Positions 34,101 through 44,000 are shown, numbered from the stretch's first letter. The stretch is 64,000 bases of DNA from Schmidtea nova (GCA_044892505.1 CM097882.1:495566001-495630000), one strand, 5' to 3'. Notes: a model not told the origin generated them from the letters alone. Made by a program: numbers and translations.

Positions 34101-37100
34101 CATATCGTTTTCATTGTAAGTTCCTTCCGCGTATGCGTGTACCTTTTCCACAATTGCTCCGAGTATCTCCAGTGTATGTTTAGAATTTTCGAATTCTGGT
34201 AATAGTTCTTTTGCTTTGTCCTGTATCGCATCTAACCTTTCTTGATATGGTACCTCTGCGCTGAAAAGTGGTGTCAATTTCCTTTTGCTTTCTCTTTCCT
34301 TTTGACTTAGGAATTGTTTGCATTTTTCGGGGTGGTTTAATATGTCTATTAGTTTGTCATACTCTTCCTCCACCGTTTTGTATTTATCCTGAAAATTGGA
34401 TATATCTTTGTAAGTTATCGTCTTGGTTAGCGATTTTGCACACCATTCCCTAATTTTCCTGAATAATGCTTCTTTTTCACTTTCGAATTTACACTCCTCT
34501 TTGTTTTTGGAAATTGTGATATTTCTTCTGTCCAATAATATTAACAGTGTTTTCTGATCACAAACTAATTTTAATAGGAATTGTAATAACGCGTTTTGTC
34601 CTTTACTGTATACTTCGTTTATATTTAATACCCATGTATCATTTTCGGATCTTTTCCATTTTATCAGCTTGCGTATTGTTTTGCAGTTACCGATTTTTAT
34701 TGCCTCCTTGATTATATCACCTTTGATCAGTTCGTCTATTTCCCAAGTGGCCTTCTCGATTATTTGTTTGAGCATTATCTGATTTGAGCTCCATATTGCG
34801 TGATTCAAGACTGTTTTGTTTTCTCTATCGCGTTCCGTCCAGTTGAAATCGGCATTTATCAAAAGGTCTATTATTGCTTTATCCGATTTGTAGATGGCTG
34901 CTACCATTAATGGTGTTTCTTGTTCGCTATTCCCAAAACCAAGGTGTTGGTTTGTTTCCTTTGCGATTTTTAGAAATTCTTTTACTCTCTCTACTTCTCC
35001 CCATTTTATGGCGTTATGTAATGCTGGTTGTCCTCCTATGTCTTGTAGTGAAAGTATTTCTGGAATTTTCTCCAATAGTTCTGAAATGACTGGTTTTGTT
35101 GGTAGTCCCCTTGCGTAATCACTAATTATCAATTGTATATCTCTTAATATATCGTCTCTGACATGCCATTTTCCCATTATTTCTCTGGCTTTTAGTACAA
35201 TTTCCTTGTTTCTTTTTTCTTGTTGCTTGTTTTCTGCTTCGGTACTTTCATCGGTTGTTCTGAGCATATTTATCCTGGCTGTCTGGGATCTTGTTATTAT
35301 TCGTTCTTCTGGCACTGTGGTTATTGTTTTTGGTACTTTCTTACATCTGCATGTATTAACGTATATTGGTCGTATCAATGGTCGATTAACAAGTTTTACC
35401 TTCACATTGTTTTCCTTTTTGTATATAACTTCGTAAGGGCCTTTTCCTGGTCTTTGTAGTTTTTTAACGGTTCCTGGTATTATTTCTGGGGTTTCTATCA
35501 TTACCCAATCTCCGGGTTTAAGATCATTTGTTTTAACATTTTTCTTTTGATCGTGTAGGTCCTTGTAACTTTCTTGATAAAACTTTATGTTTAGTTCTGC
35601 TGTCTTCCATATCTCTTGCATTCGTTCTTTGAATTTGGTGACGTAATCATCTTCCTCCATATATTGAGACAAGGGTGGTTGATATTCAAGATCTATTGGC
35701 ATATTGCATTCCCTTCCATACATTAATTGAAATGGACTCAATTTTGTTGCTGCGTGTATCGACATTCGGTATGCCATTAGACATAGCTTTATGTACTCAT
35801 CCCAATCTGTTTGGTGTTTGCTTACATAATTGGATAACATTCGAATCAATGTGCCGTTAAATCTTTCCGTTTGTCCATTAGTTTGCGGATGATATGGTGA
35901 CGTTCGTAATTTGGCTATTCTGAAGTAATTTGTTACTTCATCTAGTATTTCGCTCATAAAATTTGTTCCTTGATCTGTTAGTATTTGTTTCGGGGTTCCG
36001 TATCGACAACATATTTCCTCTACTAAAATTCTTGCTACGGTCTTTGCTTTTTGATCCGGCATCGCAAATGCTTCAGGGAATTTAGTCAAATAATCCGTTA
36101 TTACCAATATATATTGATTCCCGTTCAAACTTTCTGGCAATGGTCCTATTACATCCATCGCAATGGTAGTCATTGGTTCCGCTGGTATTGGCATGGGTTT
36201 TAAAGGATTTTTCCATTTCTTCCCACTATCCTTTCTTGTGGCACAAGTTAAACAGTTCTTTATCCATTCCTTTACGTCTTCGTCCATTGTTGGCCAATAA
36301 TATTTTTGTCTCATGCGATCTAATGTTTTCTTATCGGACATGTGTCCTCCCAACTTTCCGTCATGGTATTGAGTTATTATCTCTTTTCGTCTATTACTTG
36401 GCAGACACATTAATCGTTTTTCTCCATCTTGTATTAACAACCATCCTTTTTCTATTGTGTATCGATGTTGGTATTTCCTCATGTGTTCTTTTAACTCCGC
36501 ATTGTCTTTGAATACATCCATATTTCGTGAGCTTAGGAATTCTATGATGGGTTTTAGTTCTTTATCCTCTTGCTGATCTTTCTTTAACTCACAGAAATCC
36601 AAATCCTCTGCTATCACTATGCATATTCTTTGCACTTCTGGATCTGTTAGTTCTGGAAACGTCAATCTTGACATACAATCCGCGTTGGCATTCGCTTTCC
36701 CTGATTTGAATTTTATATCTGGTGAATATTCTTGTAATTGCATTGCCCATCTCATTAATCTGCTGGATGTTTCCTTGTGTTGTCCTAGCCATACAAGTGG
36801 TTGATGATCCGTGGTTATGCATATAACGTGTCCCCACAATAGATATTTAAAGTGTTTTATTGCTAATATTATTGCCAATGCTTCTCTTTCCGTTACTGAA
36901 TAATTCTTCTCGTGTTTCTTGAATGTTCTGCTATAGTATCCGATTACTCGTTCTTTACCTTCGTCATCATATTGTCCTAACACTGCTCCTGCTGCATATC
37001 CACTTGCGTCGGTTGCGAGTAAAAATGGCTTCTTGAAATCCGGGTGAACCAATATTGGTGCAGTTATTAGCTTATCTCTCAATGTTTCAAAGGCGGTTTG

Positions 37101-40100
37101 TTGTTCGCTTCCCCATATGAATGATACGTCTTTCTTTACTAGCTCTTGGATTGGTTTTGCAATTCCTGCGTAATCCTTTATGAATTTCCTATAATAACCG
37201 CATAATCCGAGAAATTCTTGGATCTGCGTTATCGTCTTTGGTACTGGACATTCTTTTACTTTATCAATGTTTCTGGGATCTGGTTCCTTTCCTTTTGCGG
37301 ACACAATATGTCCTAAGAATGTCACTTTCTCCTTTGCCCAATCGCATTTCGATGGTTTGAGTTTGAGTTTCCATTGTCTCAATCTAACAAATACATCTCT
37401 GATATCTTGGATGTGTTGTTCAAATGTGCTTGAGTAGATCAGTAGGTCGTCAATGTAAACCATGCATTGTTTTATGCCGTGGGTAACGAAATTCATACAT
37501 CTTTGAAATGATGCTGGCGCATTGGTTAGTCCGAATGGCATTTTCCTAAATTGGTACAAGTCTCTTCCAATGGTGAAAGCAGTTTTCTCTTTGTCTTCCT
37601 CCTTCATTTTAATTTGCCAGTATCCGCTTTTCAAATCCAATGATGTAAAATATGCCGCTCCTTGTAATGTCAATAACATCTCGTTGATGTCCGGTAATGG
37701 GTATGTATCCCGTTTTGTTACCGCATTTAATCTCCGATAATCAATACAAAATCGTTGTGTTCCGTCTTTCTTTTTCACCATTACAACTGGGAATTGCCAC
37801 GGTGAGCAGCTTGGTTCAATTACTTCCGCATCTAACATCTTCTGTACTTCCGCTTCTGCTACCGATTTTTGCGCTTCAGCTAACTTGTATGGTCTTAACG
37901 CAATAGGCGTTTCGTCTGTTAGTGGAATCGTATGTAGTGTGACGTCGCATGTCCCTAGATCTAAATCGGATGCTGCGAATATGTCTTTATATTCTATCAG
38001 TAATCTTTCTAGCTGCTTCTTTTGATCCTCATTTAATAGTTGGCTATCAATGTTCCAAGTGGGTTCCTCCTCTTTTACTCCTTCTTTTATTGGTATTTCG
38101 ATATCTATCATTGGAGTTAGTTTACCCAATCTTTCATTTTCATAAATTATTTTATCCTCTTCATCGAAATTTACTACATTTATTGGGATTTCTCCGTTGT
38201 CATTCGCACTCACTAGTCCCCTTGCCATTGGCAACGACTTTCTCTTTTCAAATCTTTTACTGGGTTCAAAGATCATGTCACCTTCTATTGTAGGATCTAT
38301 TTTTACGAAACATATTTTCTCTCTCCGTGCTGGTACGATTATTTGTTTCGAACTTGTTACTTTTGCTTCTATTGCGCATATCTGTCCTGTCCTATCCTTC
38401 AATCTCATTGTTCCCAGGTCAATAACTATTTCTTTAAATAATGCTGGCATCAGATCCGTGCCTATAATGCATGGTACGCTTAGTGCTGGTATTACTGCTA
38501 CGTATGTTTCGATTTCCGTGTTTTGATGTTTTATCTTTACCCACCATCTTCCGGCAACTTCTACTACTTCTTTACTGCATGCTATTACGTGAACGTTGGT
38601 TCTCTCAATATCCCGTCTTTGTTCTTGTGGTATCCATTTTATATCTATTGCTGAGATATTTGCTCCTGTATCAATCATCGCTTCTATTTCCCTTCCGTTA
38701 ATTTCGATTGTTGTAGTTAATACTGGACCGGTGTTTGATGACATTACTGCAATTGTATGTGAGTCTCCTTGCGGATCTACGCTTCTGCACCGTCTCGTTC
38801 TATAGTCTTCTGGTATCATAGGATATATGTTTGTCATCGGCATCATTTGCATTGTATTTTGTCTCATCCCTGGTGTTGGTTCTTGGTACATGGTTGGTGG
38901 GGGTGCGTAACACTTCCACATTTCCGCTGGATTCTTTTCGACATACTGTGGTACTTGATTTTTAACTACTTGACCTCCTTCGTTATCATCATCATCGTCG
39001 TCACTGGAATCGTCTTGGGTTCTGTACCCTTTCATTCTTTCCCATAGTCCTTTTCTCTCTCTCTTTAGTTGTTGTCTTGCTTGCTCGTTATTCATTATCT
39101 TTTTAAATTTTCGTCCCACCTCTTCATCGGTTCCTTTCATTTTTGCCAGTATTTTTAGGAGTCTCTTTATTCGGTGAATATCTTTTGAATGACCGTGTAA
39201 TACCATTGTTTTAGCCAAAAATGGTAAGAATCCTACCACCAATTTCCAATTTACTTTCTTTTCTCTTTTATAGATGTCAAAACAGGCTAACATTTGCGTT
39301 ATTATTACCCGTATTATTTGTATAATTAGTATAACACCAAGTATTCCTGCCATCATTTGTCCAAATATTAAAAATCTTCCCCACATCGCTTTCATCATGT
39401 TTTCCGTTGCCTTCTTAAAGTGGGCTGGTGACAATAATAATTCGTAATTTGGTCCACCTTGGTAATTTGTTCCTCCTGTTATTGTTACAATGCTGGATAA
39501 CACCGCTTCTCGTCTTGCCGGAAATAGTATGTTTTGTCTTGCTGCTTCTAAATCCTTTGCACTATAGAATCCCATATTGCTTACATCTACGTCTTTAAAT
39601 TTTCTTCCTTTTGATAGTTGCATTAATTCAAATTCTCTTGGTGCTGGTACCTCTGTTCTTGACGGAAACATAACCCAATTTCCGTCTGGTTTTTGGTATA
39701 ATGGTCCATATGCGTTGCTACAATTGAAAGGGTTTGGTTCGAAACTTACTGGATTTATGATTCTTGTCACTGGTTGTACATATCTTACTTTCCCTTTATA
39801 TTCGATTTCTAGTTCGTTAGTACACTGACCTGGTTGTAGTTTTGTCATTGTCGCTACCTTCGCATTTGTCTTTTTACATATGTATACGTACATGACCTCT
39901 CCGACTACTCTTCCAAAATGACCTTCTCTTAATGGTAATAGTGGCATTGCACTATCCGGGTTTGTGATTGCTACCGCTAGTTTTGTCTTTAATATTTCCC
40001 TATTTAATATGCAATCGTTGTTTATTAAATCGTAATACACTTTTTGTAGTGACGCTTGTCCTCTATGGAATAGAAAATCCATTTTATTGTTCATGTAAAG

Positions 40101-43100
40101 GTGTAATTTAACATCGTTCGTGTGTACTTTGCGTTTCGCACTAGGTACTTCTTGTTTTGATACAAAAATGCCGGGGTAGTTGGTTTCCAACATGGCTACT
40201 CCGCATTTCAAGGCTGTTTTTCCTTTTACAAACCTCATTCCGATATCTGCATCTGAGGTAATTAGTACCGTTGGTGTATTTCTCATTTTAATTTGTTTTT
40301 CTTGTGTTCGGGTTTCAATCTTTTTCTCTCCCCGTACGGTGTCTTGAAGTATTTTTCCTCTTGCTGCCTCGTCTTCTTCTTCCTCTTGGAAGGTTTTCCC
40401 TTGTATCTCATCGAATTCTGCTTCCTTTAACAGTTGTAGTTGACATTCCTTTCCTCGTATCTGGTATGTTAAGGTTGACATACCGGTTTGGCAAGTGTTT
40501 GACTCGATTTTGCACATGGGCAGGGTTTTCATTTCTCCCGTTGTTGGATCGAAGAATGCCTCGTACGTCTTTAATTCTACTGTATAGGTATCTATTACCA
40601 CTAGGTTTGTTGCTGCTACTCCGAATATTGGATATGTTGCTCCTTGGCAGTACCCTTCTCCTCCCGTAATAGCTCCTGCTACATAATATGTTTGTTGTAA
40701 TATTACTCCCGTTTTTCCTCTTATCTTTACTCTATCTCTAGTCTCTACTTCTCCATGTTTGAATAATTTTTCACAGTCTTCTCCTTGCAGCATTACCGAT
40801 TCTCTTTCCGTTCCTGGCATCACGATTGCTGAATAATGGCGGTGCCCACAATAAAAAGCAAATCTGGTTTTATAAACTTTGCATTCTCTGACCATTGTTC
40901 TTATCAGTTCAGCTTCCTGATATACGTGGTATAATTGTCTCTTTTTTAGTGTTTTTAGCTCCGTTGGGGTTGCGTCCTTACATTGTTCTGTCCCTCGTAG
41001 TGAATATTTCTCACCTAATGCCATTTGATCACAATCGAATACTTCAAATGCTGTTGCTCCGTCAGTACTAATCATCCATATTAACATCATCATAATGATA
41101 GAACTCAAGTTTAGTGATGATTTCCCGTTTCCTGTTCCCGACTTTTCCTTTTCCAATTCTCCCAATATCTCTTCGAATTTCCTTTTCATATTTTTGGCTT
41201 GGTTTTTCTTTTGGTTCGTTTTTGTGAATGTTTCCCATCCTCCTTTACTGATGATGTACGGTTCTATTTCTTTCTCTATAATTTTGGCTGTATTCTTTAT
41301 ATGTCTTTCGAGTGCTGTAGGTTTCAGTCGACCTCTACTCAGTGTCAGCAGATTGTAAATGGTGTATGCCATAGCTATTAAATATTTGTTATCCGTCTCT
41401 GCTCCTTCCGTTAACTTCTTTATCAACATCGTGGTTCCTTGCCAATCTAGGTGGTTTGACCTTGTCTTCTCTTTTATTAGTTCTGGTAGGATTGGTGCGA
41501 TGGCGCTATGCAGTGATTTCGCCCTTTCGCTTATTTCATTTATTCTCCACCATTTCTTTAATTCCGGATCGATTATTGCCAGTATTTCCATTAACATCTT
41601 TGATATCCATTCCTCGCCTTGGTATGTTTGTGTTGTTTCTTTTTCTTTCGTTTCGGCTATTTTATTTAGTTTCTTTAAACACAAATCCCATTGATCCCGT
41701 CTTTTTTCCTCTCTTGATTTTATAACTACATTTGCTGGATCTATCTTGGGTCTACCTCTAGGTCGTTTATCCATTGTCGTGCCCGTTTCTACTAATCTTG
41801 ATTCTCGTCCAGTTTCTTCTGTGACGTCTCTTGGTTCATTGGCTCTTTCTTCTAACCATCTTTCCATTTCTTGTGTGAATTGTACATTTTCTACATTTGC
41901 CCTCCTTGCTTCCTCTTCTGCTATTTCATTTACTTCTTCTATTATTATTTCTTGTTCGACTTCATCTTCGGTGTTGGTTACCGGTATTGCTGTTGGTAAT
42001 TCTTGAATTCTTTCGAAAATATTATCATCTTTCTCTTTTGTTAGCTCTATTAACTCTTCTAACATATCATCGCTATCTGTAAAAATTTCGTCTACATCGT
42101 ATGGTTCTGGTGGTGTTCTTTCTCTTGTCTCTCTTGGTGTTGTTCTAGCTTGTTCTGAGCTTGTTCCTGGAGTCATTACCGATTTCATTGGGCTCGGCGT
42201 ACTCATACTTCCTTTTGGTTTCTTTTCTTCTTTCAATTTCAATGGTTGGCCTACTATTGCTGCCACTGTCAATGTATTTGCGATATCTAATTGCGCTGGC
42301 GTTATTCCAATTTCCAAGTTGTTATCTAATGATCGTCCTTGGTGTTGTAAATGGAATGGTGGTTCATATCTCAATTTCTTTTTAATGTCCCGAACTTTCT
42401 CCGCTATCCCTACCCAAAACTCTTCCTTTTCCTGGTTCGGATATACTATTCTTAGGTGTACTTTCTGTGGCGATTCCTGCGAGAATTCTTGGTTTCTCCA
42501 TTTTTTAATTACGTGATCCAATTGTTCTGGACACCACTCGTTAACTCTTTTGTATTCGGCGATTGCGTTTGCTACTTTACGCAGGCATGTTATGTCTTCT
42601 CCATTAACTACGAAAAAATCTGCGAGACCTTTTACTACTTTTCTCTTGCCGTGCGCATTGGTTTTTAATATTTCGACAAATTCTTCTGTTTTTTGTTTCT
42701 CTCTTTCCAACCACATGGTTGTTGTTTCAGGTCCGTCTAAATCCGCTGGCATGGCTTTTCTTGTTACCATACAGACTCTTCCGGTTTCCGGTTTGTGATC
42801 GTCTTCTATGCCTATTTCATATTCTTCTTCGTATTCACCTGCTTTTGGTTCCCAACATTTTCCTCGTTCGTTCCATTGTTTTTCTACAGGTGTTCGTAAT
42901 CGTCTGTTGAGATTGAGTTCTTCTAATACATCTTCCCATTCTGGCCAAATCCGCCAATTTCGATAAATGTCTACTATTCGTTGTAATTTATGCACAACTT
43001 CTTTTTGTCGTTCCCGTTCTCTTTTCTCATCCTTAGCAGCTTCTCTTGGTGTATCGTCCATTCTGATAACGTGGATGGTTTGGTGATTATCCCATATACC

Positions 43101-43928
43101 AATTTTATATAGCCGTCTTTCATCGTGATCCCATAATACATGTTCGTTGTATTTCATGATTATGTCATCTTCCCATTCTTCTTCTGGTTCTCTTTGTAAT
43201 AGTGTCTCGTTGATGACATTTACTAATTCTTTTATGGTACAATCTGCTACCACTTCAATTTCTTTGGTATCCTCATTAGGTAACTCTACTGAAATTTTTA
43301 GATCTGTTATTTTCCCTTGTCTGAACATTGCTTTTCCCATTTTGGCAATTACTTTTCCGAATGAGATCTGTGACCATCTCGTGTGACTTGTGTCACGTAT
43401 GCATTCGATACATCGTTTCAACTTTTCGTATTCGCTTCTCATTAACTCCTTTCTATGTTTTTTGATTTGTGGGATGATTTGTTCTATCATGGAATTTAGA
43501 TTTCCTCGTAAGATTCGTCCTTTCTCATATTCTAACCGTGGTTTTATCTTCTTCTCGAAACACATATTTGCTTCCTTTGCTACTTCTTGTAGGTTCTCTT
43601 CTCTCTTATCATCGCATATCGATAATGTTGTCACCTCTCCTGGCCATATGCCTGTTTCTATCAAATGCGTCCTTTTCTTCACTAGTCCATTCTGTGAATA
43701 GAGGAATTTGTTTTTATATGAACTCCCTAATCTATCTTCTACCCATTGATAAATATCTTCCGTGAGTGGAGTTTTGATCCAAATCCTTGGCAAACATGTT
43801 TTTATCTCTATTAGGATTATATATTCATGGAGTGGTTCTTTTAATAATTTTCCTACGTATTGGCTTAGTGTTTCTACTTCCCGGCCTGGTAACCACTCTT
43901 TATAGTTCATTTGTAATATCGCTCTCAT
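31131..43928 (-). CDS. pol: 4265-aa polyprotein: UBLs, AT-hook, Bcl-2-like, chuvirus-like glycoprotein, PR, RT, RNase H, IN, ankyrin repeats, FN3-like repeats, TM
   Basis: PR DTG (38664-38672); RT YIDD (37446-37457); RH TDASG and TDHQPL; IN HHCC, MDVIGP, TDQG, ERFN; other domains detailed in findings. Confidence 0.96.
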   Translation of the reverse strand: MRAILQMNYKEWLPGREVETLSQYVGKLLKEPLHEYIILIEIKTCLPRIWIKTPLTEDIYQWVEDRLGSSYKNKFLYSQNGLVKKRTHLIETGIWPGEVTTLSICDDKREENLQEVAKEANMCFEKKIKPRLEYEKGRILRGNLNSMIEQIIPQIKKHRKELMRSEYEKLKRCIECIRDTSHTRWSQISFGKVIAKMGKAMFRQGKITDLKISVELPNEDTKEIEVVADCTIKELVNVINETLLQREPEEEWEDDIIMKYNEHVLWDHDERRLYKIGIWDNHQTIHVIRMDDTPREAAKDEKRERERQKEVVHKLQRIVDIYRNWRIWPEWEDVLEELNLNRRLRTPVEKQWNERGKCWEPKAGEYEEEYEIGIEDDHKPETGRVCMVTRKAMPADLDGPETTTMWLEREKQKTEEFVEILKTNAHGKRKVVKGLADFFVVNGEDITCLRKVANAIAEYKRVNEWCPEQLDHVIKKWRNQEFSQESPQKVHLRIVYPNQEKEEFWVGIAEKVRDIKKKLRYEPPFHLQHQGRSLDNNLEIGITPAQLDIANTLTVAAIVGQPLKLKEEKKPKGSMSTPSPMKSVMTPGTSSEQARTTPRETRERTPPEPYDVDEIFTDSDDMLEELIELTKEKDDNIFERIQELPTAIPVTNTEDEVEQEIIIEEVNEIAEEEARRANVENVQFTQEMERWLEERANEPRDVTEETGRESRLVETGTTMDKRPRGRPKIDPANVVIKSREEKRRDQWDLCLKKLNKIAETKEKETTQTYQGEEWISKMLMEILAIIDPELKKWWRINEISERAKSLHSAIAPILPELIKEKTRSNHLDWQGTTMLIKKLTEGAETDNKYLIAMAYTIYNLLTLSRGRLKPTALERHIKNTAKIIEKEIEPYIISKGGWETFTKTNQKKNQAKNMKRKFEEILGELEKEKSGTGNGKSSLNLSSIIMMMLIWMISTDGATAFEVFDCDQMALGEKYSLRGTEQCKDATPTELKTLKKRQLYHVYQEAELIRTMVRECKVYKTRFAFYCGHRHYSAIVMPGTERESVMLQGEDCEKLFKHGEVETRDRVKIRGKTGVILQQTYYVAGAITGGEGYCQGATYPIFGVAATNLVVIDTYTVELKTYEAFFDPTTGEMKTLPMCKIESNTCQTGMSTLTYQIRGKECQLQLLKEAEFDEIQGKTFQEEEEDEAARGKILQDTVRGEKKIETRTQEKQIKMRNTPTVLITSDADIGMRFVKGKTALKCGVAMLETNYPGIFVSKQEVPSAKRKVHTNDVKLHLYMNNKMDFLFHRGQASLQKVYYDLINNDCILNREILKTKLAVAITNPDSAMPLLPLREGHFGRVVGEVMYVYICKKTNAKVATMTKLQPGQCTNELEIEYKGKVRYVQPVTRIINPVSFEPNPFNCSNAYGPLYQKPDGNWVMFPSRTEVPAPREFELMQLSKGRKFKDVDVSNMGFYSAKDLEAARQNILFPARREAVLSSIVTITGGTNYQGGPNYELLLSPAHFKKATENMMKAMWGRFLIFGQMMAGILGVILIIQIIRVIITQMLACFDIYKREKKVNWKLVVGFLPFLAKTMVLHGHSKDIHRIKRLLKILAKMKGTDEEVGRKFKKIMNNEQARQQLKRERKGLWERMKGYRTQDDSSDDDDDDNEGGQVVKNQVPQYVEKNPAEMWKCYAPPPTMYQEPTPGMRQNTMQMMPMTNIYPMIPEDYRTRRCRSVDPQGDSHTIAVMSSNTGPVLTTTIEINGREIEAMIDTGANISAIDIKWIPQEQRRDIERTNVHVIACSKEVVEVAGRWWVKIKHQNTEIETYVAVIPALSVPCIIGTDLMPALFKEIVIDLGTMRLKDRTGQICAIEAKVTSSKQIIVPARREKICFVKIDPTIEGDMIFEPSKRFEKRKSLPMARGLVSANDNGEIPINVVNFDEEDKIIYENERLGKLTPMIDIEIPIKEGVKEEEPTWNIDSQLLNEDQKKQLERLLIEYKDIFAASDLDLGTCDVTLHTIPLTDETPIALRPYKLAEAQKSVAEAEVQKMLDAEVIEPSCSPWQFPVVMVKKKDGTQRFCIDYRRLNAVTKRDTYPLPDINEMLLTLQGAAYFTSLDLKSGYWQIKMKEEDKEKTAFTIGRDLYQFRKMPFGLTNAPASFQRCMNFVTHGIKQCMVYIDDLLIYSSTFEQHIQDIRDVFVRLRQWKLKLKPSKCDWAKEKVTFLGHIVSAKGKEPDPRNIDKVKECPVPKTITQIQEFLGLCGYYRKFIKDYAGIAKPIQELVKKDVSFIWGSEQQTAFETLRDKLITAPILVHPDFKKPFLLATDASGYAAGAVLGQYDDEGKERVIGYYSRTFKKHEKNYSVTEREALAIILAIKHFKYLLWGHVICITTDHQPLVWLGQHKETSSRLMRWAMQLQEYSPDIKFKSGKANANADCMSRLTFPELTDPEVQRICIVIAEDLDFCELKKDQQEDKELKPIIEFLSSRNMDVFKDNAELKEHMRKYQHRYTIEKGWLLIQDGEKRLMCLPSNRRKEIITQYHDGKLGGHMSDKKTLDRMRQKYYWPTMDEDVKEWIKNCLTCATRKDSGKKWKNPLKPMPIPAEPMTTIAMDVIGPLPESLNGNQYILVITDYLTKFPEAFAMPDQKAKTVARILVEEICCRYGTPKQILTDQGTNFMSEILDEVTNYFRIAKLRTSPYHPQTNGQTERFNGTLIRMLSNYVSKHQTDWDEYIKLCLMAYRMSIHAATKLSPFQLMYGRECNMPIDLEYQPPLSQYMEEDDYVTKFKERMQEIWKTAELNIKFYQESYKDLHDQKKNVKTNDLKPGDWVMIETPEIIPGTVKKLQRPGKGPYEVIYKKENNVKVKLVNRPLIRPIYVNTCRCKKVPKTITTVPEERIITRSQTARINMLRTTDESTEAENKQQEKRNKEIVLKAREIMGKWHVRDDILRDIQLIISDYARGLPTKPVISELLEKIPEILSLQDIGGQPALHNAIKWGEVERVKEFLKIAKETNQHLGFGNSEQETPLMVAAIYKSDKAIIDLLINADFNWTERDRENKTVLNHAIWSSNQIMLKQIIEKATWEIDELIKGDIIKEAIKIGNCKTIRKLIKWKRSENDTWVLNINEVYSKGQNALLQFLLKLVCDQKTLLILLDRRNITISKNKEECKFESEKEALFRKIREWCAKSLTKTITYKDISNFQDKYKTVEEEYDKLIDILNHPEKCKQFLSQKERESKRKLTPLFSAEVPYQERLDAIQDKAKELLPEFENSKHTLEILGAIVEKVHAYAEGTYNENDMMIIKREMPVTFLLTKNGVLPIHRALRARKERRVVEIARLMQDCGSDMNMKDKKGDTLMIFAARANTKTRVLQELYEAGAGLMGRTNKDSSILDVALLAHNWEVINFIKTITNQEEIEYLTRTVKKASVHSMMHNAELTEAILNWMNPNTNEPAFRINEFMEQGQNLYIKCALIINKWPKIIEIFMRRKDLRFTNNPKETERTDKWKELMKTYLNNWIKAKKEILDCKLTDKEIPKQAVTQEYEASILTTITYEKMIEAINVEDDIFNDQRGGDNTGNDDDSTRENPEDHELSDEEDSEEKGRDTEKNDKKNEFGKQRNNNYKNKNEAKRTSYKQTINPFFKPELLLLTVIMTLISPTQGMICEERATIQIGNAKGIERVCWSKKDKISGQNSPMDCKISEYEQEIIEIDDLELDTWYKICTIRKQKNPRSHNTIACANYLTPKVTITVQQSSKGDYVVGKCGRTETQGTKNKKPQTIDRRTTPTIRITIDRPEARVTTNETERVTYQTELLCLALILTMLKRLEEGIDIDTMAVTEMNDTQNTNPKCWARNNEEIGVSEIKTSRKRKTNKVTKISEVKADRTYELCLLEKERHKKGTTICKTFQPGETIKFIRRRRKNIRTKRRTTIMLELTGIEPDVKGVCWKKQEKKTNQNTPPQCRTNRGTTTIQIEGLESNQTYEICLIRKSDKITVSELECKLYKTPTRTRIGKTTRKSRRQRNKGKARYTTTFKPNGQQKNQEIQIKTEKNTTATLILWRIDNKTLEICWVIVQKQRERQPRDCGNVKGKEEISIRNLKFNSEYEICAIEKTDILGNQQERCETYYTPVNSTSKGKVRKLEFKELSQTTKQMDAEQVVIDPYARWTPEEVIKEVKRKQQEREQLLNKLKGQYGPMINQSEITKMDVNKQVRELIGLGILAATIPVITVLLIIWIYDVFNKKPITHWPDIKIMNYSIELPEEVHKEFQRRTKGKEFWRQIEDEERYEGKTVMVI
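39200..41114 (-). other. Env-like domain: chuvirus/Jingchuvirales-type class III fusion glycoprotein inside the polyprotein
   Basis: Signal SSIIMMMLIWMISTDGATA|FEVFDC; YSL..TEQC; ECKVYKTRFAFYCGHRH; KCG..ETNYPGIF; LYMNNK; CILNREIL; GEVMYVYIC; GFYSAKDL..ILFP; TM WGRFLIFGQMMAGILGVILII. Confidence 0.82.
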
Positions 43929-44000
43929 GAATTTCCGATAGTGTTTCTTGTCGATGAATTCCTCATTATATATTACTTCTAGTGCGTTATCTAATAATTT

